A stretch of 60,651 bases of DNA, filler included, from Globobulimina sp. (Eukaryota): assembly GCA_003354225.1 (NCBI GenBank). It is 13 parts of 13 records of this genome, joined end to end, with 100 filler letters (N's around TTAATTAATTAA, not from the genome) between each part and the next. Parts side by side here need not be neighbours in the genome. Positions count along the whole stretch, not along the records: positions 1 to 4,579 come from PIVH01001099.1; positions 4,680 to 9,258 come from PIVH01001100.1; 11 more parts are not named here. One strand, given 5' to 3'. Every line of letters starts with the position of its first letter. Position 1 is the first letter of the stretch. Positions 1 through 9,358 of this stretch are shown in pieces. The position numbers were made by a program, and so were the translations under genes. Below the pieces are notes generated by a model that saw only the letters and a program-made list of their open reading frames with translations, searched no databases and was not told the origin of the DNA.

Positions 1-128
1 TAATCAGAGAATGAGAGTGTTGGCCTTCTCAGAAATTGCAGTAATCAGAGAATGAGAGTGTTGGCCTTCTCAGAAATTGCAGTAATCAGAGAATGAGAGT
101 GTTGGCATTCTCAGAAATTGCAGTAATC
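1..128. repeat. 41-bp tandem repeat, 3 copies plus 5 bp
   Basis: Unit TAATCAGAGAATGAGAGTGTTGGC(C/A)TTCTCAGAAATTGCAG starts at 1, 42 and 83, with a partial copy at 124. It covers the stop-codon region of the IFT56 remnant and lies at a contig edge. Confidence 0.95.
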
Positions 129-729
129 TTGAATACCATTTTCCTGGCACCATTGTTTCATAACTCGCAGTATAAAGTTTGATTGCGGATTGGCATCGTT
201 TGTTAACATGGACATGATATCCAATAAATGTTCCTTCATTTCTTTGCCAGCAATAACTTGTTGAAATACACCACAAAAAGCACCTCTTTTACCATTCCAA
301 TACTCAGTGCTTGGTTGTAATGAGTGTAACGCATCAAATGCTTTTGCCGCATAATAAAAGTGACCAATTTTATAGCAATCATTGGCTATATCAAATATAA
401 TAAGCTCCAGTTACTGCTATTTATCTCATTCTTTATATCAGTTGATGACAAATACAAATTCCATGCATCCCAAGCACGGCCATTCATAATATAACAACGA
501 CATAAATGTCACAAATAAATATATTCTAATTTATACAATGGATTGGCGATTAATAATAATATATTTTCTGCTTCTTTGTATCGATGTAATTAAAATTAAA
601 ACTATCTAAACTTTGTTGTGTGGTACCAATATATTCACGGATTGATTCCAAATAAATCAGAACATCATCAAAGGAAGCCATTGATTGTCGACCTGGAATT
701 GTATCACATTCCAATTGCGAATTACCGAT
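111..729 (-). pseudogene. TTC26: 3' fragment of intraflagellar transport protein 56 (IFT56/TTC26/DYF-13), decayed
   Basis: Hand translation across frames gives ECDTIPGRQSMAS-FDDVLIYL...FNFNY / RYKEAENILLLI...YL*HLCRCYIMNG / IANDCYKIGHFYYAAKAFD...EYWNGKRGAFCGVFQQVIAG...RVMKQWCQEN. This matches the TTC26 C-terminus as I recall it. Lesions: in-frame TGA at 509-511, frameshifts near 585 and 389, and short deletions. Confidence 0.85.
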
Positions 730-1420
730 TGCGAACCCCACGCTTTGTGCACACGTAATTACATATTTTAATTGTATATATATTCAAACCTAGAGATTGC
801 AATCGCGTCGCAACTGTATGCGACTTAAATTGTGTTCTTTCTATGTTTAAAGCATCGGCAATCACATCACAAAAGCACACCGATAAGGAATTTATGGTCA
901 TAAATGCTAATAAAAGCTTATAATTTTGTGGATTAATAACTACGATTAACATTGAAACGGGTGCTAAAATACCAAAGAGTAACATGTATGATTTCCGTTT
1001 GTAGCCAAAGATGGGCAACGCATCGGTTATCAAACCATAAATTATCTTCACATTCCAGGGCCAATATACAATATTCATAAAATTAGACATTTCGTGTGGC
1101 CCTATGTTGTGGACGGCTGCTCCGTAAAATCGTATTGCTATAAATAACCAATCCATACATCCTTCGACTGCGTAGACGGAGAGTAAGGTTAATACGAATG
1201 GTATGGTTATTTGATGCGAGGTGTATTCATCTTTGACGTGGTATGGTTCGCCAAATAATCTTTCAATACATGTTGGTTTCTGGCTTGTATCGTATAAAAA
1301 TAGTTTGGTTTGTTCCGATTCGTTGGTAGGTTCGGGAGGTCGTTCAGTATCTGATGTGTCTTCACCGAGGTCGACTAATTGTAGTTCTTGTGTGGATGTA
1401 ACTAATTCTAGGCTTGACAT
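721..1420 (-). pseudogene. 5' part of a folate-biopterin transporter (BT1/FBT, MFS) gene, truncated
   Basis: Motifs PWNVKIIYGLITDALPIFGYKRKSY and CDVIADAL. Intron 743-789 (GTTTGA...AAG) restores LQSLAWGSQS. The sequence then switches to IFT56. Confidence 0.8.
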
Positions 1421-1555
1421 GATGCTGATTCAAGCAGGCAGTTTAGTTGAGAAATAAAAAAACCCCAACACTTGGAAAATTATCATTTAATATATTTGCA
1501 TTTTCGTTTTCTTATTTGTGTGATAAACCTGCTTAGAATCTTTTTGAAATCATCA

Positions 1556-2827
1556 ATGGCGGTATCACATATTCCTAAATCGTCCTTAAATCGATGCAAA
1601 ATAGCCATTTTATATATTGGCGTGGGTAAATACAAAAAGCAGCCACGAACAGCCTTTCTAAGGAGAGATAGACTAAATCTGAAAAAATTAGTTCAAAATA
1701 CTAAAGAATTGGAATTCAGCGATGCCCAGGCCACAGATAAAGATGAATGGGATGAACATGAAATCCTCAACAAATTAGCACAGTTCCGCAACACGATAAA
1801 AAAGGATGAATACACTGCTTATTTTACTATTGTGGTGGCACATGGTGGAGATCGCGGCCATGGCAGTTATATACTCACATCAAATAATATATCCATAGCA
1901 TATGACACTATTATTGCAAAGTTCTGCAACACTGATTTACCCAAATCCGCCCAAAGAAAACCACGCGTTGTATTATTGTACTCCTGTCAAGGATCCTTAC
2001 GCACGGAGGCTACGGATCCTTGTATTATTGACAGTGTCGACACTCACACTGTATATTACAGACAGCAAGGAAACGCCCCGCAAAAAACTGCATCGGATGG
2101 ATTTGAGAATCAAAGTACAGCTGCGTCCATTGAATCGGGTAATTTGGCGCCGAAAGAGAATGTATTTTATCTTGAACCGGCAGAATCGTCGTATATATTA
2201 TACAGCCATTCAATACGGATGGGAACGCCCGTTGTGATGTCGTTGGTGAATTTTATGCAACAAAATATTAACAAAAACAAATTTACAGTGTCTAGATTGA
2301 TGCAGCAAATTGTAGTTGACATCAAAGGCGTGCATAAATATGAGAAGAAAGTGATTGTGGATCCCGTAGCGCACATCACCTCGGGACCACATTATATTAC
2401 ACTTACCGGAACCAGCCCAAATCCCCCAAAAATCGATATTGATATAGAAAAATTATTCGATGGTATAAAAAGAAAGAGAGAATCTGAAGATGAAAAAGTG
2501 CAAAAAACCCAAACGTTTTTAAAGCATTCATTGTCGCAACATTTTACCCAAGAACCTATTTTGCATATTTTTGAATGTTTAGCTGGATATGAACGATTTG
2601 TACCGTTCCCTGTATTTGCTCGTCTTTTTACAAAAGATGAAAATCCAACAAATCTATGGATAAATGTGTTGTCGATTAAAGAAATGATCAATAATTTAAA
2701 AGCGACGGCAACCAGCCATGATAATGATATATCAAATCTCGGCGTAGATGCAGTATTTTTTGAGCAAATTTATTTGATATGTCAGGAAGTGCGAAAAATG
2801 GGCAAATATGCACAGATAAAGTTATGA
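1556..2827 (+). CDS. Caspase-type (peptidase C14A-like) cysteine protease with C-terminal extension
   Basis: Catalytic dyad motifs VVAHGG and RKPRVVLLYSCQG (compare caspase KPKLFFIQACRG). A linker is followed by a p10-like segment NVFYLEPAESSYILYS...GTPVVMSL. First ATG is at 1556. Confidence 0.75.
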   Translation: MAVSHIPKSSLNRCKIAILYIGVGKYKKQPRTAFLRRDRLNLKKLVQNTKELEFSDAQATDKDEWDEHEILNKLAQFRNTIKKDEYTAYFTIVVAHGGDRGHGSYILTSNNISIAYDTIIAKFCNTDLPKSAQRKPRVVLLYSCQGSLRTEATDPCIIDSVDTHTVYYRQQGNAPQKTASDGFENQSTAASIESGNLAPKENVFYLEPAESSYILYSHSIRMGTPVVMSLVNFMQQNINKNKFTVSRLMQQIVVDIKGVHKYEKKVIVDPVAHITSGPHYITLTGTSPNPPKIDIDIEKLFDGIKRKRESEDEKVQKTQTFLKHSLSQHFTQEPILHIFECLAGYERFVPFPVFARLFTKDENPTNLWINVLSIKEMINNLKATATSHDNDISNLGVDAVFFEQIYLICQEVRKMGKYAQIKL

Positions 2828-2829
2828 TC

Positions 2830-3290
2830 ATCTCTTGTTTTATTGTAATACTCTTCAAAGTACGTTGATGTAAACGGCCATCTGCCATCTTCCAATTTTG
2901 TTTCATTAATTTCCGTTTATATTTATCAAAAACGTGTTGATTCTGAATTTGAATATAATCAAATTTCACAGATTTAAACGCGGTGTTTTTGCTTTGTTTA
3001 TTTAATAAATCCAATGCGGTCAATAATCCATAAAAAACACGAATTCAGCTCAAATAATTTTGGATTTTTGTAATCGCCGTCATTATAATCCACCGAAACA
3101 GATTTACAATGCGGAAAAGCATTGCAAATGGCCGCTAATTTTATTAATTGGAAATCTTTCTTTTTTGCTTTGTCATAAAAAAATAAAGATAACATTTGTG
3201 GATAATATTTATTAATATATTTCATTTTAAAAGCAATTCTTTTTTTCTTTTTGCTGAATGCAGTAAATGTATCTTATATTTTTATATATG
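2830..3290 (-). pseudogene. Probable decayed C-terminal fragment of an unknown gene
   Basis: Two protein-like ORFs (2998-3225 and 2688-3023) join through a frameshift near 3023, with an in-frame stop upstream. No recognisable domain. Confidence 0.35.
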
Positions 3291-4579
3291 TGCAACAACA
3301 GACATTTGGTGGCGAGTGGCGAGTTGCATTGGTTGCCAGTCTCTTTACGGAGCCTTCAAAAACAAATACGAAATATAAATAATGGTGATTTATCTGCGAC
3401 CATGGCGCCATTGAATGAGTTAATAGAGTTTGGGAATAAAAAGGGAACGCCCTCAGTGATGATATGTTTTGTGGCGGTACAAGAAAATGGCGGCTTTGGT
3501 GGTTGTGTATTTATTCAATATATTAAGAAACGATTGTTTGTCAGTTGCTGTTTAGAGTATATAATGAGTTCTTTATGCGGCGGTATCTTAACGTCATTTG
3601 AATTTGCAACAAATGATGTGGCTCTATTTGAAAAGAAAATATTTGATTCGGAATTAACGGCCGAAAAAAAAATAAAAGCATTATCATTATTAAAAAAAGC
3701 AAATATGTATGATTTGAAATATAAAGATTTATTGGAAAAAAAGATAGAAATTGATCATGGCATTAAAAAACCTAAAATCCAATATTTGAGTTATAATACG
3801 ATACTTAAACAAGTCAAAGATTTGTATGACATTAAATTGTCAATGGCTGAGGTTGATACCGCACGGAAATTGGTTCAGTTATACGGATATATTCGCGATT
3901 GGATGGCGAGGAAAATGATTTTCATTACGAAACATTCATTGTCAGATTGTATTGGAAAATGTAAATTTCTACACCATTTTAATGAAAATGTACATTCGGT
4001 GTCAAATAAATCCATCGCAATTGTTATAAATGCGCAGCCGTTCACGGAAATGACTGTTCACTTAGTTACCCCCAACGGGGACACCTGCACCGAAACAAAG
4101 ATTAAGATAACTGACAATATCGGCAAAGTCATAGCGGCGAAGGCATCGGCAGAATGTTATTTAGATGTTTTAAGTACAGATCGGGAGTGGATTCGAATAG
4201 AAATAAAAAGAGGTCCTAGGAAAGGCGATGGATTTGTGTGTGTACGTAAGGCAGATGCGATGGGCATGGATGATATGGGCGATATGGACTATGCAATGGG
4301 TATAAGTATGGACGTTGACGATACCGATTCCAAATCTGATGATAATGCGCTCCACGATTATGACTATGATGATGAAGAAGACGGTGATTTGTATAATAAT
4401 AATAATAATAAAAATAAAAATAAGAAGAAAAGGAAAAGGTCAGAACAGTGTCCAAGTAACGATAAGCATCAATCGAAAAGACTCAAAAGAGCAACAACTG
4501 ACTATGATGACGAGGACGATGAGGATATGAAGGATTCCCCGGATAATAATAATAATAAAACCGATGTTTATGCGCCGGT
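3267..4579 (+). CDS. Hypothetical protein with acidic/Asn/Lys low-complexity tail, 3'-incomplete, start uncertain
   Basis: Long ORF running to the contig edge. No motif recognised. Confidence 0.55.
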
Positions 4580-4679
4580 NNNNNNNNNNNNNNNNNNNNN
4601 NNNNNNNNNNNNNNNNNNNNNNNTTAATTAATTAANNNNNNNNNNNNNNNNNNNNNNNNNNNNNNNNNNNNNNNNNNNN
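4580..4679. other. Artificial contig spacer (first of 12)
   Basis: 44 N + TTAATTAATTAA (stops in all six frames) + 44 N. Identical spacers start at 9259, 13935, 18610, 23284, 27957, 32630, 37302, 41974, 46646, 51315 and 55984. Confidence 0.99.
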
Positions 4680-4904
4680 GGTTGTTATGGTGGTTGGTTT
4701 TTTCTTTCTGTTTCTAATAATGTTTGTTAATAAATTGTTTATTGAATTTACTGCGGGCGATTTGATGAAAAATTGAAATAATGCGGCATTAACCATATCA
4801 TTATTAGTTGCATCGTTTGCTAATTTATTAAAGAAATGTTTCGTCTCAGTTTGAGTTAATTGAGCTGATAACTGTCTAAATTGTACGGCTGCAGCGAGAG
4901 ACAT
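4680..4904 (-). CDS. N-terminus of a hypothetical protein, 3'-incomplete
   Basis: ATG at 4904, open to the contig edge. Confidence 0.55.
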
Positions 4905-4935
4905 GGTCGCTTTAACAAAAGTTTTGTGTTAATAA

Positions 4936-7887
4936 TTAAGAATCCTGTGATTTTTGTCTGAATGTTTGAATTTTTTCTTGAAATTTATGCAATGCAGTTT
5001 CCATTTTGACTCTCATTGTTTGTGCAAAAGCATCATTATCCTCTTCCTCTTCTTCATTATATCTATGTTGAATGGCAATAAATTTGGCACATTTTATTGA
5101 AATCTTAAACCATAATTCAACACCCTCCAAATTCAAAATATATTCATCCTCATTCATATTTGTATGATTTGAACAAGAATGAACGCCAAAATTCCAACTT
5201 TTTGTCATAAACCATCGAATCTCATCTTCCAATAATATTTGTTGCGAATTACTATCATTCAAATTATATTCATTAAATTTTATAATTGCTTCAATCACTG
5301 CTTCAAAATAAACAATATATTTATTTGACATTTCTTGCCCAAATCTCATTTTATATTGACACAAAAGACGCGAATATCGAACATAATCATATAAAATATC
5401 CAGTGTTACATTGTTCTTTTTATTTTTCTGATTAATATCAATATATTTTAAAATATGCTCAATTAATAATATTCCATTTGCAAATGATTCGAATTCAATC
5501 ATAACACTTAACATTGTTTCGTAATGAACCATATTTATTCCATTTTGTTTGCATTCTCTTTCAATTAATTTCGTTATATTTGCATCATCAGATAATATCA
5601 AATAACATTTCAATCGAAGTAAACACAAAATTGCCAAATATTTCTCATTTAATTCATTTTCAATGTTAATGCATTCAACGGATGATAATATTTCTTGTGC
5701 CCTTTGCTTTGATGATTCCGTTCTGTTTGATATGGATTCAATGCTTGCAACGCCACAAAATAAGCGGCATAAATGTTTTGTATTCGTATATTTATAATTA
5801 TCAGTATTTAAACAGAGTTTATCCAATAAATTATAAGTTGCATCAAACATTTCTGCTTTTCCGTCATCCAATCTTTTGTTGATAAAAAAATGAAAATAAA
5901 AAAATGTAAAATAAAATAAAATGACATACGCAAAGTTCCATAAATTAAAAGCAAACCATTCCACATCATTTTGATTGAAACATTGTTTATTTTTATTTTC
6001 TTGTAATATTTGTGATGACATTAATAAATATTTTCGTAACTTTTCTTTTGTTAAATTATTTGCTGGGTTTTCTTGAATATATTCTTTTAATTTTTGTACC
6101 AAACATTTTAATGATAAAACATCATTTTTATAAATATCATTAATTTTCTGTCTTTCTTTAAATGCAATTTCCAAAATATTAATATGGAGCAATGACAGTT
6201 TAATATTTGCATTATTCACAATTTCATTTGCTAAAATTGCATAAAATGCATATTGAAAATCAGGATGGCACTCAATTGCGGATAATATTTGCTTTGTTTT
6301 CTGTGCATTATTCTGATTTAAATATATTCGCAATTCCAACATGATATTTTTAATATTATTTTCCAATGTTTTTGCTTGTTTCAATATTTGTAAAGCTTCC
6401 TCATATTTGGACTCATTATATTTTAAAATTATTCTTGCTCTCAAAAAATTGCCTTTTGTCTTTGCTTTTCTTTGCGGGATTTTGGTCAGAATAAAATTTA
6501 ATGAATGGCTCCATATTAAATCGGATGAAAATACGTCTCCATTTTTATAATAATTTGAGCCAACATTCCATATTTTTTTGGAGATTGCAAAGCATTCATT
6601 TTCAGTCCATTTCTCACTTTCTTTTTCAATTTGTTTTAAAATCTCAACTTTATTATTTATATCAGGTTCAAACTCAAATTTGCGAGCTAATATTTGTATT
6701 TCCGATGGATATCTACATTGCAATTTATTTAATGCGTCCATTGCCATTTCATTGTAATGTTTCTCTTTCAAAGTATCAATAATTTGGATGCCATCATCTA
6801 AGCATATTTTATTATTCCCCAATGCTTCAAACACTAATTTCGAGCGTTCACTTTCTTTGATTTCCTCCTCTGAAATATCCAAACAAGTCAAAACTTTGAG
6901 TTGAAGTAATTTATGTACTTGAAAGTTTTTGTTTTGCTCCGTTTTTAAATTTAGACTTTGTTGAATATTTTCAATTTGATTGATTGCTTTGTTTATGACT
7001 AATAATGATTGCTTGTAATTTTCTTCATTTTTTAACAGCAATGCGAGTTTGAGTGAGATTTGACAAATTGCGGTGCATAAAGTATCTCCGTATTCAGTTT
7101 CATTTTGAATGGAAATATTGATTAATTCCAATGATTTCTTATAACACAAATTGTTGTCAATATTGTTTTGAATGGAAAAATGAAACAAATCGATGCCGAG
7201 TTGAAATGATAAATTTTCATATTTAAACTTTGTAATAAATTCAATTAATTCATTTAATGAGGATTCTAAGTCAAATTCATTATTAATCGCATGTTTATTT
7301 TGTTTAATATTTCTTTGAATGATTGTAAATAAAAATTGCGATACAAATTGATGCGAACTTTTACAGATATCTCCATTTTCAATATAACTTTGATTCGCTT
7401 TCTTTGTTTTTTTAACGTATTTGAAATATTTTATTTTTATTTCTTCAAATTCGGATTCTTTACAATGATCCATTGCGGCTTCAAAACATTGTGTAATAAT
7501 CACAGACGAACACAATTTTACAGCCAGATTTCTCTGCGTTTGGTATTTTTTGTTCTTTTTGATGAGCGAATGCAACATATTAAACGAAATAGAAAGGATT
7601 GCGGCTATTTGTAACGCATTGTGCTGATTTATAATGTCTTTTATTTGCCATATTTTTAAAAATATTCGGGTCGAAACGGATCGAATTTGATTTAAAACCC
7701 CATTTTTGTATTCATCATCATCACTGTCATTGTAATATGATTGAGTTTGATCTCTCCAATTTTTAATTTCTTTAATTGTTTTCCCAATTAATTCGCCATC
7801 GATATTCTCAGATTGAAGAACTTGCAATGTTTCATCCAATGAACGAAACGGAAACTGATTATTTTCTGCGTTTAAATCTAAATCCAT
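4936..7887 (-). CDS. ZIP4: Meiosis-specific TPR protein ZIP4/SPO22/TEX11
   Basis: About 960 aa and helical, with family-like motifs IWNVGSNYYKNGD...WSHSL, VEWFAFNLWNFA and EIRWFMTKSWNFGV. A probable in-frame 57-nt intron at 5873-5929 (GTATGT...AAG) explains the F/Y-rich stretch in the ORF track. Confidence 0.75.
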   Translation of the reverse strand: MDLDLNAENNQFPFRSLDETLQVLQSENIDGELIGKTIKEIKNWRDQTQSYYNDSDDDEYKNGVLNQIRSVSTRIFLKIWQIKDIINQHNALQIAAILSISFNMLHSLIKKNKKYQTQRNLAVKLCSSVIITQCFEAAMDHCKESEFEEIKIKYFKYVKKTKKANQSYIENGDICKSSHQFVSQFLFTIIQRNIKQNKHAINNEFDLESSLNELIEFITKFKYENLSFQLGIDLFHFSIQNNIDNNLCYKKSLELINISIQNETEYGDTLCTAICQISLKLALLLKNEENYKQSLLVINKAINQIENIQQSLNLKTEQNKNFQVHKLLQLKVLTCLDISEEEIKESERSKLVFEALGNNKICLDDGIQIIDTLKEKHYNEMAMDALNKLQCRYPSEIQILARKFEFEPDINNKVEILKQIEKESEKWTENECFAISKKIWNVGSNYYKNGDVFSSDLIWSHSLNFILTKIPQRKAKTKGNFLRARIILKYNESKYEEALQILKQAKTLENNIKNIMLELRIYLNQNNAQKTKQILSAIECHPDFQYAFYAILANEIVNNANIKLSLLHINILEIAFKERQKINDIYKNDVLSLKCLVQKLKEYIQENPANNLTKEKLRKYLLMSSQILQENKNKQCFNQNDVEWFAFNLWNFAYVILFYFTFFYFHFFINKRLDDGKAEMFDATYNLLDKLCLNTDNYKYTNTKHLCRLFCGVASIESISNRTESSKQRAQEILSSVECINIENELNEKYLAILCLLRLKCYLILSDDANITKLIERECKQNGINMVHYETMLSVMIEFESFANGILLIEHILKYIDINQKNKKNNVTLDILYDYVRYSRLLCQYKMRFGQEMSNKYIVYFEAVIEAIIKFNEYNLNDSNSQQILLEDEIRWFMTKSWNFGVHSCSNHTNMNEDEYILNLEGVELWFKISIKCAKFIAIQHRYNEEEEEDNDAFAQTMRVKMETALHKFQEKIQTFRQKSQDS

Positions 7888-8000
7888 TAATCAGAGTCAG
7901 TTTTGTTTGTTTTACTTTGAAACAAGTTGAGAACGGGAGGTATTGATGAAACTGAAGTAAGTTGATGTTTATAGTTGAATTGAAAAACCTTTACTTTAAA

Positions 8001-9006
8001 TTATGACACAACATTGTAGGCCTTTGCCAAATTGGTGGGATTCAATATATCATTCATCGATTTTTTGCCAATTAACAACAATTCTTTGCTCTCATTGTCT
8101 TTTGTTCGTTTAATTATGGACTGAACGGTGGACACTCTGTCTCAAACACAACAAATTAAAACAAGATCGATTAAAATATATAATATAAAAACTTAACGTT
8201 TTTGTGACAGCAGATTCCAAATCATTTGGATTTTTAATAATCCACACAAACAACAAAGCCGTTGTAATGTCGCCAGTGCCAACCCAGTAACCGACGACTT
8301 TGTCAATTTTCAAATATCCATATTTATTTCCTTCCATTTTATCAGAATATACCACATAAATCTTATCCTTTTCATTGGCAATCTCTACAGATGTAATCAC
8401 CACATATCTTATCCCCAAATCATGCAATTTACGACATGCCGTATACGCATCATCCAAACTTTCCACCTTCATATCCAATAAAAGCGATGCTTCCGTTTGA
8501 TTGGGAGTTAATAAATCTGCATATTTGATGATATCCTTTTTGTAGACATCAATAAATGGTTTGAAAGATGGCGCGTACAATTTCCCATTGTCTCCCATTA
8601 CTGGATCACACGCATAAAATAATTTTTTATTTGCAGACTCAACATTAGCTGACAGACTTTGTATTGTTTTATTTAAATGAGACAAGCAATCAATACCTCC
8701 CATATAACCACTGATCAAATATGGAAATGTAAATAAATTATTTGATTGCAAGCCATCCACCAATTCATCAATTTCTTTGCCTGTTGTTATGGTTCCCGTC
8801 CATTTCGGATAAGCGGTATGATTTGAAAATTGCACTGTATTCATCGGCGATACATCAAATCCATGCAATTGCAATGGGAACATTGCGGACTTATTTCCAC
8901 AGACACCATAGACCACTGTTGATTGGATTGATAGTACACGTTTTGGAATGTCATTGTTATTTTCTGAGGATGAGGTTTTAGATTCATTTGGATCGGTGCA
9001 TGCCAT
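8001..9006 (-). CDS. PDXK: Pyridoxal kinase (2 exons)
   Basis: Motifs RVLSIQSTVVYGVCGNKSAMFPLQLHG, TVQFSNHTAY, CDPVMGDNGKLY, TPNQTEA and VGTGD. Intron 8137-8197 restores the C-terminus TVSTVQSIIKRT...ELLLI...DILNP, with stop at 8001. Confidence 0.95.
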
Positions 9007-9082
9007 ATTGGTTAAAGTGAGAAGTTGATCTATTGCTTGCAAAGCCTTCATTTAAACTCGACAGTTTTTTGAGCCTAGGTTT

Positions 9083-9258
9083 CCTAAATAGTTGTCGCGC
9101 AACTATTTAGTTGCTTTTTCAGTACAAAAACGAAAATGGGCAACTATTTAGTTGCTATTCCAATCTAAAAACGAAAATGAGCAACTATTTAGTTGCTTTT
9201 TCAGACCAAAAACGAAAATTGGCAACTATTTAGTTACTATTTAGCAACTATTTAGGCA
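9083..9258. repeat. Array of 41-bp units with palindromic core GCAACTA-TT-TAGTTGC, bounded by 12-bp inverted repeats (MITE/minisatellite-like)
   Basis: Cores at 9099, 9140, 9181 and 9222. CCTAAATAGTTG (9083-9094) is the reverse complement of CAACTATTTAGG (9245-9256). Confidence 0.9.
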
Positions 9259-9358
9259 NNNNNNNNNNNNNNNNNNNNNNNNNNNNNNNNNNNNNNNNNN
9301 NNTTAATTAATTAANNNNNNNNNNNNNNNNNNNNNNNNNNNNNNNNNNNNNNNNNNNN

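Noticed and set aside
9099-9240. CRISPR-like array (palindromic repeat at fixed period)
   Set aside because: The intervening 25-mers resemble one another (..AAAAACGAAAAT..), the repeat is only 16-17 bp, there are no cas genes and the context is eukaryotic.
1-9258. Both tandem arrays (1-128 and 9099-9240) having a 41-bp period
   Set aside because: They share no sequence similarity and lie on different contigs, so I treat this as coincidence.
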